A stretch of DNA of 15,739 nucleotides, taken from contig JBAXJR010000048.1 in the NCBI GenBank assembly GCA_037137755.1, positions 1-15,739 on the forward strand, in the 5' to 3' direction. Below, piece by piece: positions 1 through 7,783 of this stretch; position 1 is the stretch's first letter; each line of letters starts with the position of its first letter. The translations under genes and the position numbers were made by a program. This stretch comes from Methanomicrobiales archaeon (GTDB lineage: Archaea; Halobacteriota; Methanomicrobia; Methanomicrobiales; Methanospirillaceae). The notes beneath the pieces were generated by a model, which was given only the letters and a program-made list of their open reading frames with translations, had not been told where the DNA came from and ran no database searches.

Positions 1-94
1 TTTTAATTCGATACTCTAAGATAAAAATGTAAGCTTGGGTTTTTCGCTATCCTCAGTAGTAATTACTGGCGGATTCCCCGTTTACGTTGATTTA

Positions 95-478
95 TTATCC
101 GGATGTTTTCCGGTGAGAACCTATGCGAACATCCATTTTTCTCCTGATTGTCATCCCGATAGACTGCAGCTTTTCAACCCCGCCCTCTCCTTCACGAAAG
201 TAAAACAGGAGCAGGTGGAAATAGTCCGCAGTGAGGTCCCCGAACTCCTTCCGGTACCGGACCTCGACATCGGGATCCCCGATAAAGCCCTTAATTGATA
301 TGAAATCTTCCTGTTCGAAGGAGAAGTAGGGCTTTTTCAGCTGGGGCAGAAACCGGACTGAACCGAAATGTTTCAGGAATGCCAGGAATTCCTCGGTCAG
401 GGGTTCATCGAGGAGGTACTCTTTCAACATGGAACCATCCACGCAGACTCTGGACTGGACCGACCTGACTATCCGCAT
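95..478 (-). CDS. Hypothetical protein (~127 aa), probably co-transcribed with the upstream PLD gene
   Basis: Protein-like ORF. ATG at 478 (MRIVRSVQ...) follows a purine-rich GAAGGGGA and lies 28 nt after the PLD stop. The track start at 550 overlaps the PLD gene. Confidence 0.7.
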   Translation of the reverse strand: MRIVRSVQSRVCVDGSMLKEYLLDEPLTEEFLAFLKHFGSVRFLPQLKKPYFSFEQEDFISIKGFIGDPDVEVRYRKEFGDLTADYFHLLLFYFREGEGGVEKLQSIGMTIRRKMDVRIGSHRKTSG

Positions 479-506
479 AATTATCCCCTTCCAGGCTGGC
501 AACAGT

Positions 507-2180
507 TCACGGGTTTTTCCGTCGCCAGTACAGTACCAGTAGCAGCGCAACCACCATAACGGCTATTCCGATTTTTAAATATTCTGTCGTAGTACCCTGG
601 GCTTTCCCGGACATGGTGGACTGGCCCCAGTCATCCTCAAATACAGCCGTGTAGTACCGGGCCGCTTCCGGCTGTTCGATAATGACCCCGGCCTCGCGGT
701 TGAACGTCGGGGAATTATAATTCCAGTTGATGCTGCTGACAAGAACTTTTTTCCCGTCAACAATAACTCCCTTGTTGTGAATTTTTTCCAGCTCATTTCG
801 TTCCAGTTCTGCACACCGTGCTTCAAGCGGGAGATGTTCAGCTACTGCTACCTGGTTGACATACGCCATCATTTCATCGTTATCGTCCTCACCTTCCGTG
901 TTAAACCAATAGGAGTCGAGTAATACCCTCACACGGACACCACGGTGTGACGCGTTGATCGCTTCCGCAAGGTACCGGTTTGGAACACTCTTTGATTCGT
1001 TACTGATATAGGCCTGCTCGATATCGATTTCGCTTGTTGCAGAACGAAGGAGATCGGTAACGAGGTAACTGGTATCAGGGGCAAGTACTGGTGTGACCTT
1101 CGCGCCGTCAAAGCGCAATGGTGAAAATTCCCTGGTATGAGACACGGTTCCACCGGTCTCAAGCGTCCCGCTCTTCCCGGTCATGGCGCTGATGCCCTTC
1201 CCGTTCAGGTCAGCCAGGAATACCCCCCTGAAATACGTCGCTACACCCGGGTCAATGAGACATACACCCCAGCCCCGGTTTCCGGATTTCCCCTCAGAGG
1301 GAAACCCGTTCCCTTTGAAATTTTCACTGGTGATAAAAAGGTACAACGAATCTACTACGATATACTTTGCGTGGTCGTACCGGTAGGGGGCGTGGCTGTC
1401 ACCAAAAGTCCCCATCCGGAAGACCAGAATTTTGTTCCTCGTGAGCTGGTCGAAGATTGTATTCCCTTCCGGGGATATCCCTCCGACAGGCCCGCCCTCG
1501 ATCAGGACGGTCACATTAACACCCCGTTTCCGGGCGTTGATAAGTGCATCTGCCATTTCCGGACTTGAAAATTCATACACGTTCAGGAGGATTTCGGTCT
1601 TCGCCTGGTCAATACAATTCTCATAGAGTTCAAGCGAGCAATCCGGTGACACGAAACAGACACCTGGAACGCCGGAGAAATTCGCAGGAGCAATCCGGGA
1701 CTGTCCAAGCATAAGGACACGGGTATCCCATACCCCGTTGTCCAGGAAATGGACCTGCCCCTCCCTTGGTTTAACATCGGCGGGCCACGACACCTTTTGT
1801 ATCAACGTGTCATGGTCATAGAGCATCAGCTCGTCCCCTGCGTTGGCGAGCCGAAAAGCCCCGGCCGGAATGACATCCGGAACATCGCGGGAGTAATTGT
1901 AGAATTCAAAATCCGGCAACCGACCATGCACACCCGTGTATGCCATGCCGTTATAGGTAATAGTGGTCCGGCCATCTATCCGCGATCCCGGCGGGAACCG
2001 GAAACCCCCCTCACCATCTGATATCAGGACACCATCCAGGCTTCCCGTCCCTGAAAGGACCATATATTCATCGGGGTCGTCCTTCAGATAGGTGTCAGGG
2101 CAAAACTCCGTAATAGCAATTGCCGCAACACAGGGTATCATAAGGCAAAACAGAAGGAATACCGGGAGAAGCCTCACCAT
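507..2180 (-). CDS. Exported, membrane-anchored phospholipase D-superfamily protein
   Basis: Two HKD motifs (HAKYIVVD...SENF; HNKGVIVD...SSINW), signal-peptide-like N-terminus from ATG 2180 (MVRLLPVFLLFCLMIPCVAA), and a C-terminal TM helix with basic tail (..LLLVLYWRRKNP). The track start at 2231 overlaps the divergent gene. Confidence 0.85.
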   Translation of the reverse strand: MVRLLPVFLLFCLMIPCVAAIAITEFCPDTYLKDDPDEYMVLSGTGSLDGVLISDGEGGFRFPPGSRIDGRTTITYNGMAYTGVHGRLPDFEFYNYSRDVPDVIPAGAFRLANAGDELMLYDHDTLIQKVSWPADVKPREGQVHFLDNGVWDTRVLMLGQSRIAPANFSGVPGVCFVSPDCSLELYENCIDQAKTEILLNVYEFSSPEMADALINARKRGVNVTVLIEGGPVGGISPEGNTIFDQLTRNKILVFRMGTFGDSHAPYRYDHAKYIVVDSLYLFITSENFKGNGFPSEGKSGNRGWGVCLIDPGVATYFRGVFLADLNGKGISAMTGKSGTLETGGTVSHTREFSPLRFDGAKVTPVLAPDTSYLVTDLLRSATSEIDIEQAYISNESKSVPNRYLAEAINASHRGVRVRVLLDSYWFNTEGEDDNDEMMAYVNQVAVAEHLPLEARCAELERNELEKIHNKGVIVDGKKVLVSSINWNYNSPTFNREAGVIIEQPEAARYYTAVFEDDWGQSTMSGKAQGTTTEYLKIGIAVMVVALLLVLYWRRKNP

Positions 2181-2229
2181 TTCTGGTCGCAGTCCGGTTT
2201 TAATAAGCTGACGATATAGATCTTTACCC
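2181..2229. promoter_or_regulatory. Compact divergent promoter region (PLD gene / kinase gene)
   Basis: 49-nt gap. TTTTAATA at 2198-2205 lies 25-32 nt before ATG 2230 (leaderless spacing). AT-rich boxes also occur on the minus strand. Confidence 0.45.
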
Positions 2230-2820
2230 ATGCAGGGGCCTTTTGTGATGAAAATCGGCGGGAGCCTGATCGATCAGGTGCCGGGGATCTCCCGCGCCCT
2301 CCTTTCATCACCAGGACCCGCCCTTATCATTCCCGGTGGAGGCCCGTTTGCAAACCTTGTAAGGACATTAAATGTCCCGGATGAAGAGAGCCACTGGATG
2401 GCAGTCCTTGGTATGGAACAATATGGCTGGTATATCTCGTCATTCGGGATCAGCACCAGTCCGGTCCTGCAGGTACCGGGGCGCCCGACGGTATTGCTCC
2501 CGTATGCCCTGCTGCAGAACGAAGACCCACTTCCGCACCGCTGGGATATTACATCCGACACCATCGCCGCATGGGTCGCATACCGCTTGAGGCTCGACCT
2601 CGTGGTCCTGAAATCGGTTGATGGGATCATGAAGGGGAACTCACCCATACAACAGGTTACTACACCCATGTCATGCGAGGAGGTGGACCTGGGTTTCATC
2701 CGGTTTGTCCTTGATCACGGCGTCAGAACGCTGATCATGAATGGAAGAACAATCGAAAGGGTCCAGGCGTTGCTCAGGGGAGAACTGGTAGAAGGTACGA
2801 GGATCGGTACAACCTTTTAA
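2230..2820 (+). CDS. mfnE: Amino-acid-kinase-family protein, probably [5-(aminomethyl)furan-3-yl]methyl phosphate kinase (methanofuran biosynthesis)
   Basis: Motifs MKIGGSL, IIPGGGPFAN, HWMAVLGMEQYG, LPHRWDITSDTIAA and KSVDG match the MJ0458/MfnE-type subfamily. Confidence 0.72.
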   Translation: MQGPFVMKIGGSLIDQVPGISRALLSSPGPALIIPGGGPFANLVRTLNVPDEESHWMAVLGMEQYGWYISSFGISTSPVLQVPGRPTVLLPYALLQNEDPLPHRWDITSDTIAAWVAYRLRLDLVVLKSVDGIMKGNSPIQQVTTPMSCEEVDLGFIRFVLDHGVRTLIMNGRTIERVQALLRGELVEGTRIGTTF

Positions 2821-2861
2821 TTGTTTAAAAAGAGAAGTTATAAGGAATCTCAGGAGTTACC

Positions 2862-3023
2862 ATGTCAGACAAGAAATGCACATCATGCTGTGCTCCACTC
2901 GCAGAAGAAGGCGCCACAGAATTCGGATGCCCTTCATGTGGTTACGGCATCAAGAGATGCTACCGGTGTAGAGAACAGAGTATCCCGTATACATGCCCAA
3001 AATGCGGTTTCGGGGGCCCATAA
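2862..3023 (+). CDS. Small zinc-finger protein (53 aa, four CxxC motifs; DUF1610/HVO_2753-like)
   Basis: Manual translation: MSDKKCTSCCAPLAEEGATEFGCPSCGYGIKRCYRCREQSIPYTCPKCGFGGP*. SD-like CAGGAG at 2851-2856. Ends 3 nt before EF-1beta, the usual archaeal gene order. Confidence 0.92.
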   Translation: MSDKKCTSCCAPLAEEGATEFGCPSCGYGIKRCYRCREQSIPYTCPKCGFGGP

Positions 3024-3026
3024 GCG

Positions 3027-3284
3027 ATGGGAGACGTCGCACTGATCCTCAGGGTAATGCCGGAATCCCCGGAGGTTGACCTCGAGGCACTCAAAGCGGA
3101 GATCAAACGGGTCCTCCCCCGCGTGCAACAGATAGTAGAAGAACCGATCGGATTTGGTTTAAAGGCTCTGAAACTTGTTGTAGTGGTCGGCGATCAGGGC
3201 GGCGAGACAGATGCCGTTGAGGCGAAACTTAGCGGCCTGAAAGGCGTCGAACGGGCAGAGATCATTGAACTTACCCTGATGTAA
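3027..3284 (+). CDS. ef1b: Translation elongation factor aEF-1beta
   Basis: MGDVALILRVMPESPEVDLEALK...EEPIGFGLKALK signature; 85 aa. Confidence 0.96.
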   Translation: MGDVALILRVMPESPEVDLEALKAEIKRVLPRVQQIVEEPIGFGLKALKLVVVVGDQGGETDAVEAKLSGLKGVERAEIIELTLM

Positions 3285-3315
3285 CCAATTACGAATTCAC
3301 ATAACAGGATTCATA

Positions 3316-3323
3316 TCTTTTTT
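3316..3323 (+). terminator. Oligo-T terminator candidate after ef1b
   Basis: T-tract ~30 nt after the ef1b stop, in a convergent intergenic gap. Confidence 0.4.
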
Positions 3324-3348
3324 TAATGCCCTTTTAGGAAATGATTTT

Positions 3349-4323
3349 TTAAATTTTCGGGCTATTAGGGGCTTTATCCTTCCCGAGTGCCTGCAGTACC
3401 TGCTGGGTTATCGTCCTGATCTTCTCCACCGACTCGCGGAACTGGACAACTTCAGACTCATCAATTTTGATAGTGACGGGAAATACACCGCTGCGGTTCA
3501 CCCGCGCCGGGACACTGATACAGACGTCCCCGATATCGTGGACTTCTCTCCGTATATACGCTGATACCGTCAGGATCCGGTTTTCATCACCAAGGATCGT
3601 CTTTACAAGGGTTGCAATTGCTTCACCCGGCCCATATACGGTCGAACCTTTGCCCTTGATTATCAGTTCACCGCTGTTTTTAACAGATTCCACCATCTCC
3701 CTGATGGGGATACGGGAAAATGCAGGAAGGTTGCTGATCTGGATCCCCCCGATTGTAGTTGCCGACCAGAGCGGGACCATGCTGTCCCCGTGCTCCCCGA
3801 TAATACGCGTATGCACTTCGCTCGGGTGTACCCTGAAATACGAGGCGATCAACGATTTCAGCCGCATGGAGTCAAGATGCGTACCAAGGCCGAATACCTG
3901 CTGTGGCTGCAGCCCTGAATATTTTAGCGCGACCGACGTCATCACGTCAACAGGATTGGTGATCATAAAGATCTTTGTGTCTGGAGCGACCTTTGCAATA
4001 GATTCTGCAAGCCCTGCTACGATGTGGGCATTCTGGAGTGCGAGGTCGAGCCGGTTCTGGCCAGGTACCCGTGCGTTTCCAGCCGTAAATACGACAATTT
4101 CTGACCCTTTGACTTCTTCAATATCTGTAGTCCAGTCGATTTTTGTATAATTCCCACAGGCGGCAAAAGAGTCCATCAGGTCATGGGCAATTCCGTCAAG
4201 GAGTTCTTCCCTTCCCGGCCTGCCATGGAGCAGGATTTCGCTGACATACGGAATTTCAGATATTGCATGAGCAGCAAACATTCCGACATTACCTGTTGCT
4301 CCGACAATGGTGACTTTCGACAT
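3349..4323 (-). CDS. mdh: LDH-like archaeal malate dehydrogenase, probably NADP-preferring
   Basis: GATGNVG Rossmann motif, R..GQNRLDL substrate loop, ITNPVD, LDSMR, GEHGDS. Has HGR where NAD-specific enzymes have Asp, as in the MJ0490 type. Confidence 0.9.
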   Translation of the reverse strand: MSKVTIVGATGNVGMFAAHAISEIPYVSEILLHGRPGREELLDGIAHDLMDSFAACGNYTKIDWTTDIEEVKGSEIVVFTAGNARVPGQNRLDLALQNAHIVAGLAESIAKVAPDTKIFMITNPVDVMTSVALKYSGLQPQQVFGLGTHLDSMRLKSLIASYFRVHPSEVHTRIIGEHGDSMVPLWSATTIGGIQISNLPAFSRIPIREMVESVKNSGELIIKGKGSTVYGPGEAIATLVKTILGDENRILTVSAYIRREVHDIGDVCISVPARVNRSGVFPVTIKIDESEVVQFRESVEKIRTITQQVLQALGKDKAPNSPKI

Positions 4324-4339
4324 GGTTAACGCAAAGTTA

Positions 4340-4645
4340 GGGACACGTTATCGGTCGACAATACGCTGCTGCATTCACTGAAGAACCCTTTCTCCACCCC
4401 GCAACCCTGTGGGCGCCGAATGTCCACAGTAAGTCTGCTCCCTTCCGGGCCTGGACCGGTCTCTGCGGCTGCAGGTCGCCACTCCCTCCGGAGTCTTGAT
4501 ACCTGTCCACCGACCTCACAGGACGAGGCTTCTTCGTCAGGATGCTCACAGATCCAGCAGCCCGCTGTTGCCTTCCTCAAACTTCGCCCCCCGCATACCG
4601 ACGGTTTCGGGTTACAAGTGACGCCGGGCCACCCGGGCTAGTCCC
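4340..4645 (-). ncRNA. ffs: Archaeal signal recognition particle (7S) RNA
   Basis: Minus strand contains helix-8 signature CCAGGCCCGGAAGGGAGCAG, Alu-domain UGUAAC motif, 5' GGGACUAG end complementary to 3' GUCCC, and long helix-5 complementarity; ~306 nt. Confidence 0.93.
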
Positions 4646-4662
4646 CATATTTAATGCACACT

Positions 4663-5688
4663 TCAGGGGATAAATACCTCGCCGCTGACATGTTCCCGGT
4701 AAAGGGCGGTGATGCGCTGTATCAACCCCTTATCCTCTTTATTAAAGAGATCGAGGGCAGTAAGGACCGGGACACCGGGAAGTACCCGGTAGAGTTCGGC
4801 CAGGTCCCCCTGGTACACCTCGATGCTCTGCCTGCCCCGGGTTTCAGCAATCTTTTCAGGCATGTTGCCAACCGGCCGGGCTTTGATCTCCTCGTAGGTC
4901 CTGTGCATGACCACCTCGTCAACCGCAAGAAATTCGCTATTTATGGAAATATTGAATGCAGACCAGAACGCGGCAGAAAACCAGGCATCGTTCATTACGA
5001 CATGCGGCACACCAAGCCGTGCTGCAGTCAGCCCGAGCGTTCCAACACCACATGCAGCGTCAACAAACCACTGGGTATTGAGCGTGATTTTCCGCTCAAC
5101 TGATTCAATTTTCGGGTTGTAATTCCGGGGAAATTCAATATGGATCTGTGACTGCTGCTGGTACAACACCAGGGGACCGGAGGAGGTCGGGAAAATACTC
5201 GCACGCACGTCACACCCGGCAAGGAGCTCATAAGTCCTTGGCACTCCACCAGGTTCCGGACCTGCGATCCCGGGGACGAAATCACCGCTCCTGACGACAC
5301 CCCTGATTTCCGGGACTTCACTGACAAGGCGTGCTGCCACACCAGGGGTCACCATTGCGGATACCAGCACCAGTGACCGTGGGGGAAGGTATGGGGGCTC
5401 CCGCATGACAAAGCCGGGATGGATGAGCGGCATACCGACCTTTGCAAGGGGTTCGGTCCCGGACAGGAGGCCTTCCTCGATCATGACCACGTAACTATGC
5501 GCAAAAACTTCGTCGATAAACCTCTTCCCGCAGGAACAGGGGGGCTCGTAAAAGCGGTTTTTTAACGGGGCCTTTTTATCCAGCACCCTGCCTTGGCAGT
5601 CGGGGCAGGGGGAGAAGACCTGCCCCGTGTTCAGAAGGATATCATGAGCTGTGTCAACACAGTCACCGCCACATACGGGGCATTTCAT
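4663..5688 (-). CDS. Uncharacterised protein with Cys-rich N-terminus and class I SAM-dependent methyltransferase fold
   Basis: N-terminal CPVC..C, CPDC and CSC motifs; motif I VDAACGVGTLG, followed by VVMND, YQGD and LDLF elements. Confidence 0.78.
   Translation of the reverse strand: MKCPVCGGDCVDTAHDILLNTGQVFSPCPDCQGRVLDKKAPLKNRFYEPPCSCGKRFIDEVFAHSYVVMIEEGLLSGTEPLAKVGMPLIHPGFVMREPPYLPPRSLVLVSAMVTPGVAARLVSEVPEIRGVVRSGDFVPGIAGPEPGGVPRTYELLAGCDVRASIFPTSSGPLVLYQQQSQIHIEFPRNYNPKIESVERKITLNTQWFVDAACGVGTLGLTAARLGVPHVVMNDAWFSAAFWSAFNISINSEFLAVDEVVMHRTYEEIKARPVGNMPEKIAETRGRQSIEVYQGDLAELYRVLPGVPVLTALDLFNKEDKGLIQRITALYREHVSGEVFIP
4670..4677 (-). promoter_or_regulatory. Putative TATA box of SRP RNA gene, inside the last codons of the upstream CDS
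   Basis: TATTTATC on the minus strand, 25-32 nt upstream of the predicted SRP RNA 5' end. Confidence 0.45.
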
Positions 5689-5744
5689 ACGGTTCTGTTA
5701 ACCGTTATCCATAGAAAGTTTTTCAAAAACAAAATCATCCAGAA

Positions 5745-5819
5745 TGGGCCCGATGCGATTCGAACGCATGACCGCCCGGTTATGAGCCGGGCGCTCTAAC
5801 CGGACTGAGCTACGGGCCC
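5745..5819 (-). tRNA. tRNA-Ile2 (CAU anticodon, agmatidine type)
   Basis: Full cloverleaf: GGGCCCG/CGGGCCC-A acceptor, anticodon arm CCCGG-CUCAUAA-CCGGG, UUCGAAU T-loop. The acceptor stem is Ile-type, not Met-type. No intron, no encoded CCA. Confidence 0.92.
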
Positions 5820-5833
5820 GGATAGGGATTGAG

Positions 5834-5906
5834 CGCCCCCCACAGGGCTCGAACCTGTGACATTCGGATTAACAGTCCGACACTCTACCAACTGAGTTAG
5901 GGAGGC
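5834..5906 (-). tRNA. tRNA-Asn (GUU)
   Basis: Cloverleaf: GCCUCCC/GGGGGGC-G acceptor, anticodon arm UCGGA-CUGUUAA-UCCGA, UUCGAGC T-loop. 14-nt spacer to tRNA-Ile2 suggests a dicistronic precursor. Confidence 0.96.
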
Positions 5907-5920
5907 ACATAGGTTGTGCC

Positions 5921-5950
5921 TTAATATATTCTTTCTGAGCCCTTTTAATA
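5921..5950 (-). promoter_or_regulatory. Putative promoter of the tRNA pair
   Basis: Minus-strand TATTAAAA (5943-5950) and AATATATTAA (5921-5930) upstream of tRNA-Asn. Confidence 0.45.
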
Positions 5951-6013
5951 GTAACTGTTGGAGCGATGGAGCCCACAAAATACAAAACCGCTATTTTTCC
6001 GTTATTGATTCAT

Positions 6014-6307
6014 TTATTTGCCGGGTTTTAGTTTCATGGATTCAAGAAGGCAGATAAGATCATCGAGGTTATCATCCAGGTGGCACAGTAGATCTTCTGT
6101 CTGGGGGGTTACCATTGCACCGGCAGGTGTAGCCCTGATATAGCCGAGCTGCTCGAGCACACGGAGTGAATAACGGATCCGGTGGAATGGCAGGTCCAAC
6201 AGCTCCGACAGTTTCATAATACCAATCGGCTGGTGCTCCATTACAGCCCTAATCACAAGAACATGCCTTGAAAGGAGCTCGATCTCATCTTTCATTTTCT
6301 GGAGCAT
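6014..6307 (-). CDS. Small winged-helix putative transcription regulator (COG3388-like)
   Basis: QPIGIMKLSELLDLPFHRIRYSLRVLEQLGYIRATPAGA is an HTH plus wing pattern resembling a conserved euryarchaeal family. Confidence 0.8.
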   Translation of the reverse strand: MLQKMKDEIELLSRHVLVIRAVMEHQPIGIMKLSELLDLPFHRIRYSLRVLEQLGYIRATPAGAMVTPQTEDLLCHLDDNLDDLICLLESMKLKPGK

Positions 6308-6320
6308 GATTTAATGTACC

Positions 6321-6587
6321 TCAGGTTTCTTTTTGTCCTGTTTCAGGTTTCGGGCCGGATTCCTGGTGCTTGCTCAGCCACTGCTTGGTATCCCGGTATT
6401 TTTTGATGAATACATAGATCATCACGAGGTCAAGGACCAGGAGTGCAGGGGGAAGATAGTATTTGAATGGTACAGGTGCAAGGAATAATGCAATCACAAC
6501 AAATGCAGCAACAAGGATAATCACGTTCAACAGGATAGTGAGCGCATAAAATTTTAATTTAAACTGCTCTTTTGCCTTCTCTTCCAT
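6321..6587 (-). CDS. Small membrane protein with two TM helices
   Basis: Two hydrophobic stretches flanked by Lys-rich segments; 13 nt upstream of the wHTH gene. Confidence 0.75.
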   Translation of the reverse strand: MEEKAKEQFKLKFYALTILLNVIILVAAFVVIALFLAPVPFKYYLPPALLVLDLVMIYVFIKKYRDTKQWLSKHQESGPKPETGQKET

Positions 6588-6647
6588 TACTCATAGGTCA
6601 ACCGTCATCGTAAAAGTACTTGTGGTTTTACCGCGAATATTCCTCCC

Positions 6648-7778
6648 ATGGACTCGCTGGATGACGTGATCAGGCGTTCTGGTGCTGATGCATATGTTGC
6701 ATTCGGCTCGTCACAAAATGCAGATATCAGGTATCTTACCCGGTTCCGGACCGAAGACCCTTTTGTCTATATCAAAAAACCCGGTGAAAAAGGGTTCATG
6801 GTAATCGGCCAGATGGAATATGAACGTGCAACGAGGGAAGCGATTGCCGCGGTGATGACCCGGGGGGAGTCAGGTCTCCTGGACATTATCAAGGATGAAC
6901 CGGTGAAGAACCGCGCCTATGCAAAAATGATTGCAAATCATGCCGGACACCGGATCCTCGTACCCGCTTCGTTTCCCTATGGGATTGGACATGAACTTGA
7001 ATCGCTCTGCGAAGTCACCCTCGACTCCGGTTCGGTCGAGAATGCCCGGGCAATTAAATCAGATGAAGAGATCAACCTGATCAGAAATGTCCAGGCCGCA
7101 ACCGATATCGCGATGGAACAGGCAATTTCCCTGATTAGAGCAAGCAGCCCGAAAAAAGGAGTCCTATATCACGACGGCAGCCCGGTTACTTCAGAACAGG
7201 TCAGGTCTCTGATCCACAAGACCCTGATGGATTACGGGTGTCATGCCATCGATACGATTGTCACCTGCGGAAAGGATACAGCCCTCCCACACGCTCTCGG
7301 CATCGGGCCTCTTATGGAATCAGAACCGATTGTGATCGATACATTCCCTGCGGACGATATGAGCGGGTATTTCACGGATATGACAAGGACGGTTGTAAGA
7401 GGGGAACCAAGCGCCGAATTGCTTGAGATGTATGATGCCGTTCTGGAGGCCCAGGACGTCGGTATGTCCCAGGTAAGGCACGGTTTAGGTGGCTCAGCAG
7501 TCCACCAGGCGGTTGTCGACCTGTTCGCTGAAAAGGGATATGGAACCGGTACTGAGGGGTTCACCCATAACCTCGGCCACGGGGTCGGCCTCGAAGTCCA
7601 CGAGCAGCCGACACTTGGCCCGGCCGGGGGGGCACTTGCTGCCGGAAATGTCGTGACCATTGAACCGGGGCTCTATTACCGGGATATTGGCGGGGTGCGT
7701 CTCGAGAATACCGGGGCAGTCACAATAGCAGGGTTTGATTCTTTTACACAATTTCCCCGTGAATTTATACTCAGGTGA
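6648..7778 (+). CDS. Xaa-Pro peptidase family protein (M24B)
   Basis: RAIKSDEE, ALPH, IDTFP..GYFTDMTRT, HNLGHGVGLEVHEQP, TIEPGLY and GVRLE metal-binding motifs. Confidence 0.93.
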   Translation: MDSLDDVIRRSGADAYVAFGSSQNADIRYLTRFRTEDPFVYIKKPGEKGFMVIGQMEYERATREAIAAVMTRGESGLLDIIKDEPVKNRAYAKMIANHAGHRILVPASFPYGIGHELESLCEVTLDSGSVENARAIKSDEEINLIRNVQAATDIAMEQAISLIRASSPKKGVLYHDGSPVTSEQVRSLIHKTLMDYGCHAIDTIVTCGKDTALPHALGIGPLMESEPIVIDTFPADDMSGYFTDMTRTVVRGEPSAELLEMYDAVLEAQDVGMSQVRHGLGGSAVHQAVVDLFAEKGYGTGTEGFTHNLGHGVGLEVHEQPTLGPAGGALAAGNVVTIEPGLYYRDIGGVRLENTGAVTIAGFDSFTQFPREFILR

Positions 7779-7783
7779 TCATA

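Noticed and set aside
2821-3045. 74-aa ORF in the track
   Set aside because: Wrong frame; the real gene is the zinc-finger ORF 2862..3023.
3467-4150. Long antisense ORF (227 aa) and similar shadow ORFs throughout the window
   Set aside because: Antisense or alternate-frame shadows of well-supported genes, with no recognisable motifs.
4326-4641. ORFs 4326..4580(-), 4337..4549(-) and 4420..4641(+)
   Set aside because: They overlap the SRP RNA gene and have no protein-like features.
5796-5978. 60-aa ORF on the minus strand
   Set aside because: It is a translation of the tRNA-Asn/tRNA-Ile2 sequence.
5700-6013. tRNA locus as an integration site for a mobile element
   Set aside because: No integrase, no duplicated tRNA 3' end and no obvious compositional shift; the flanks are ordinary archaeal genes.
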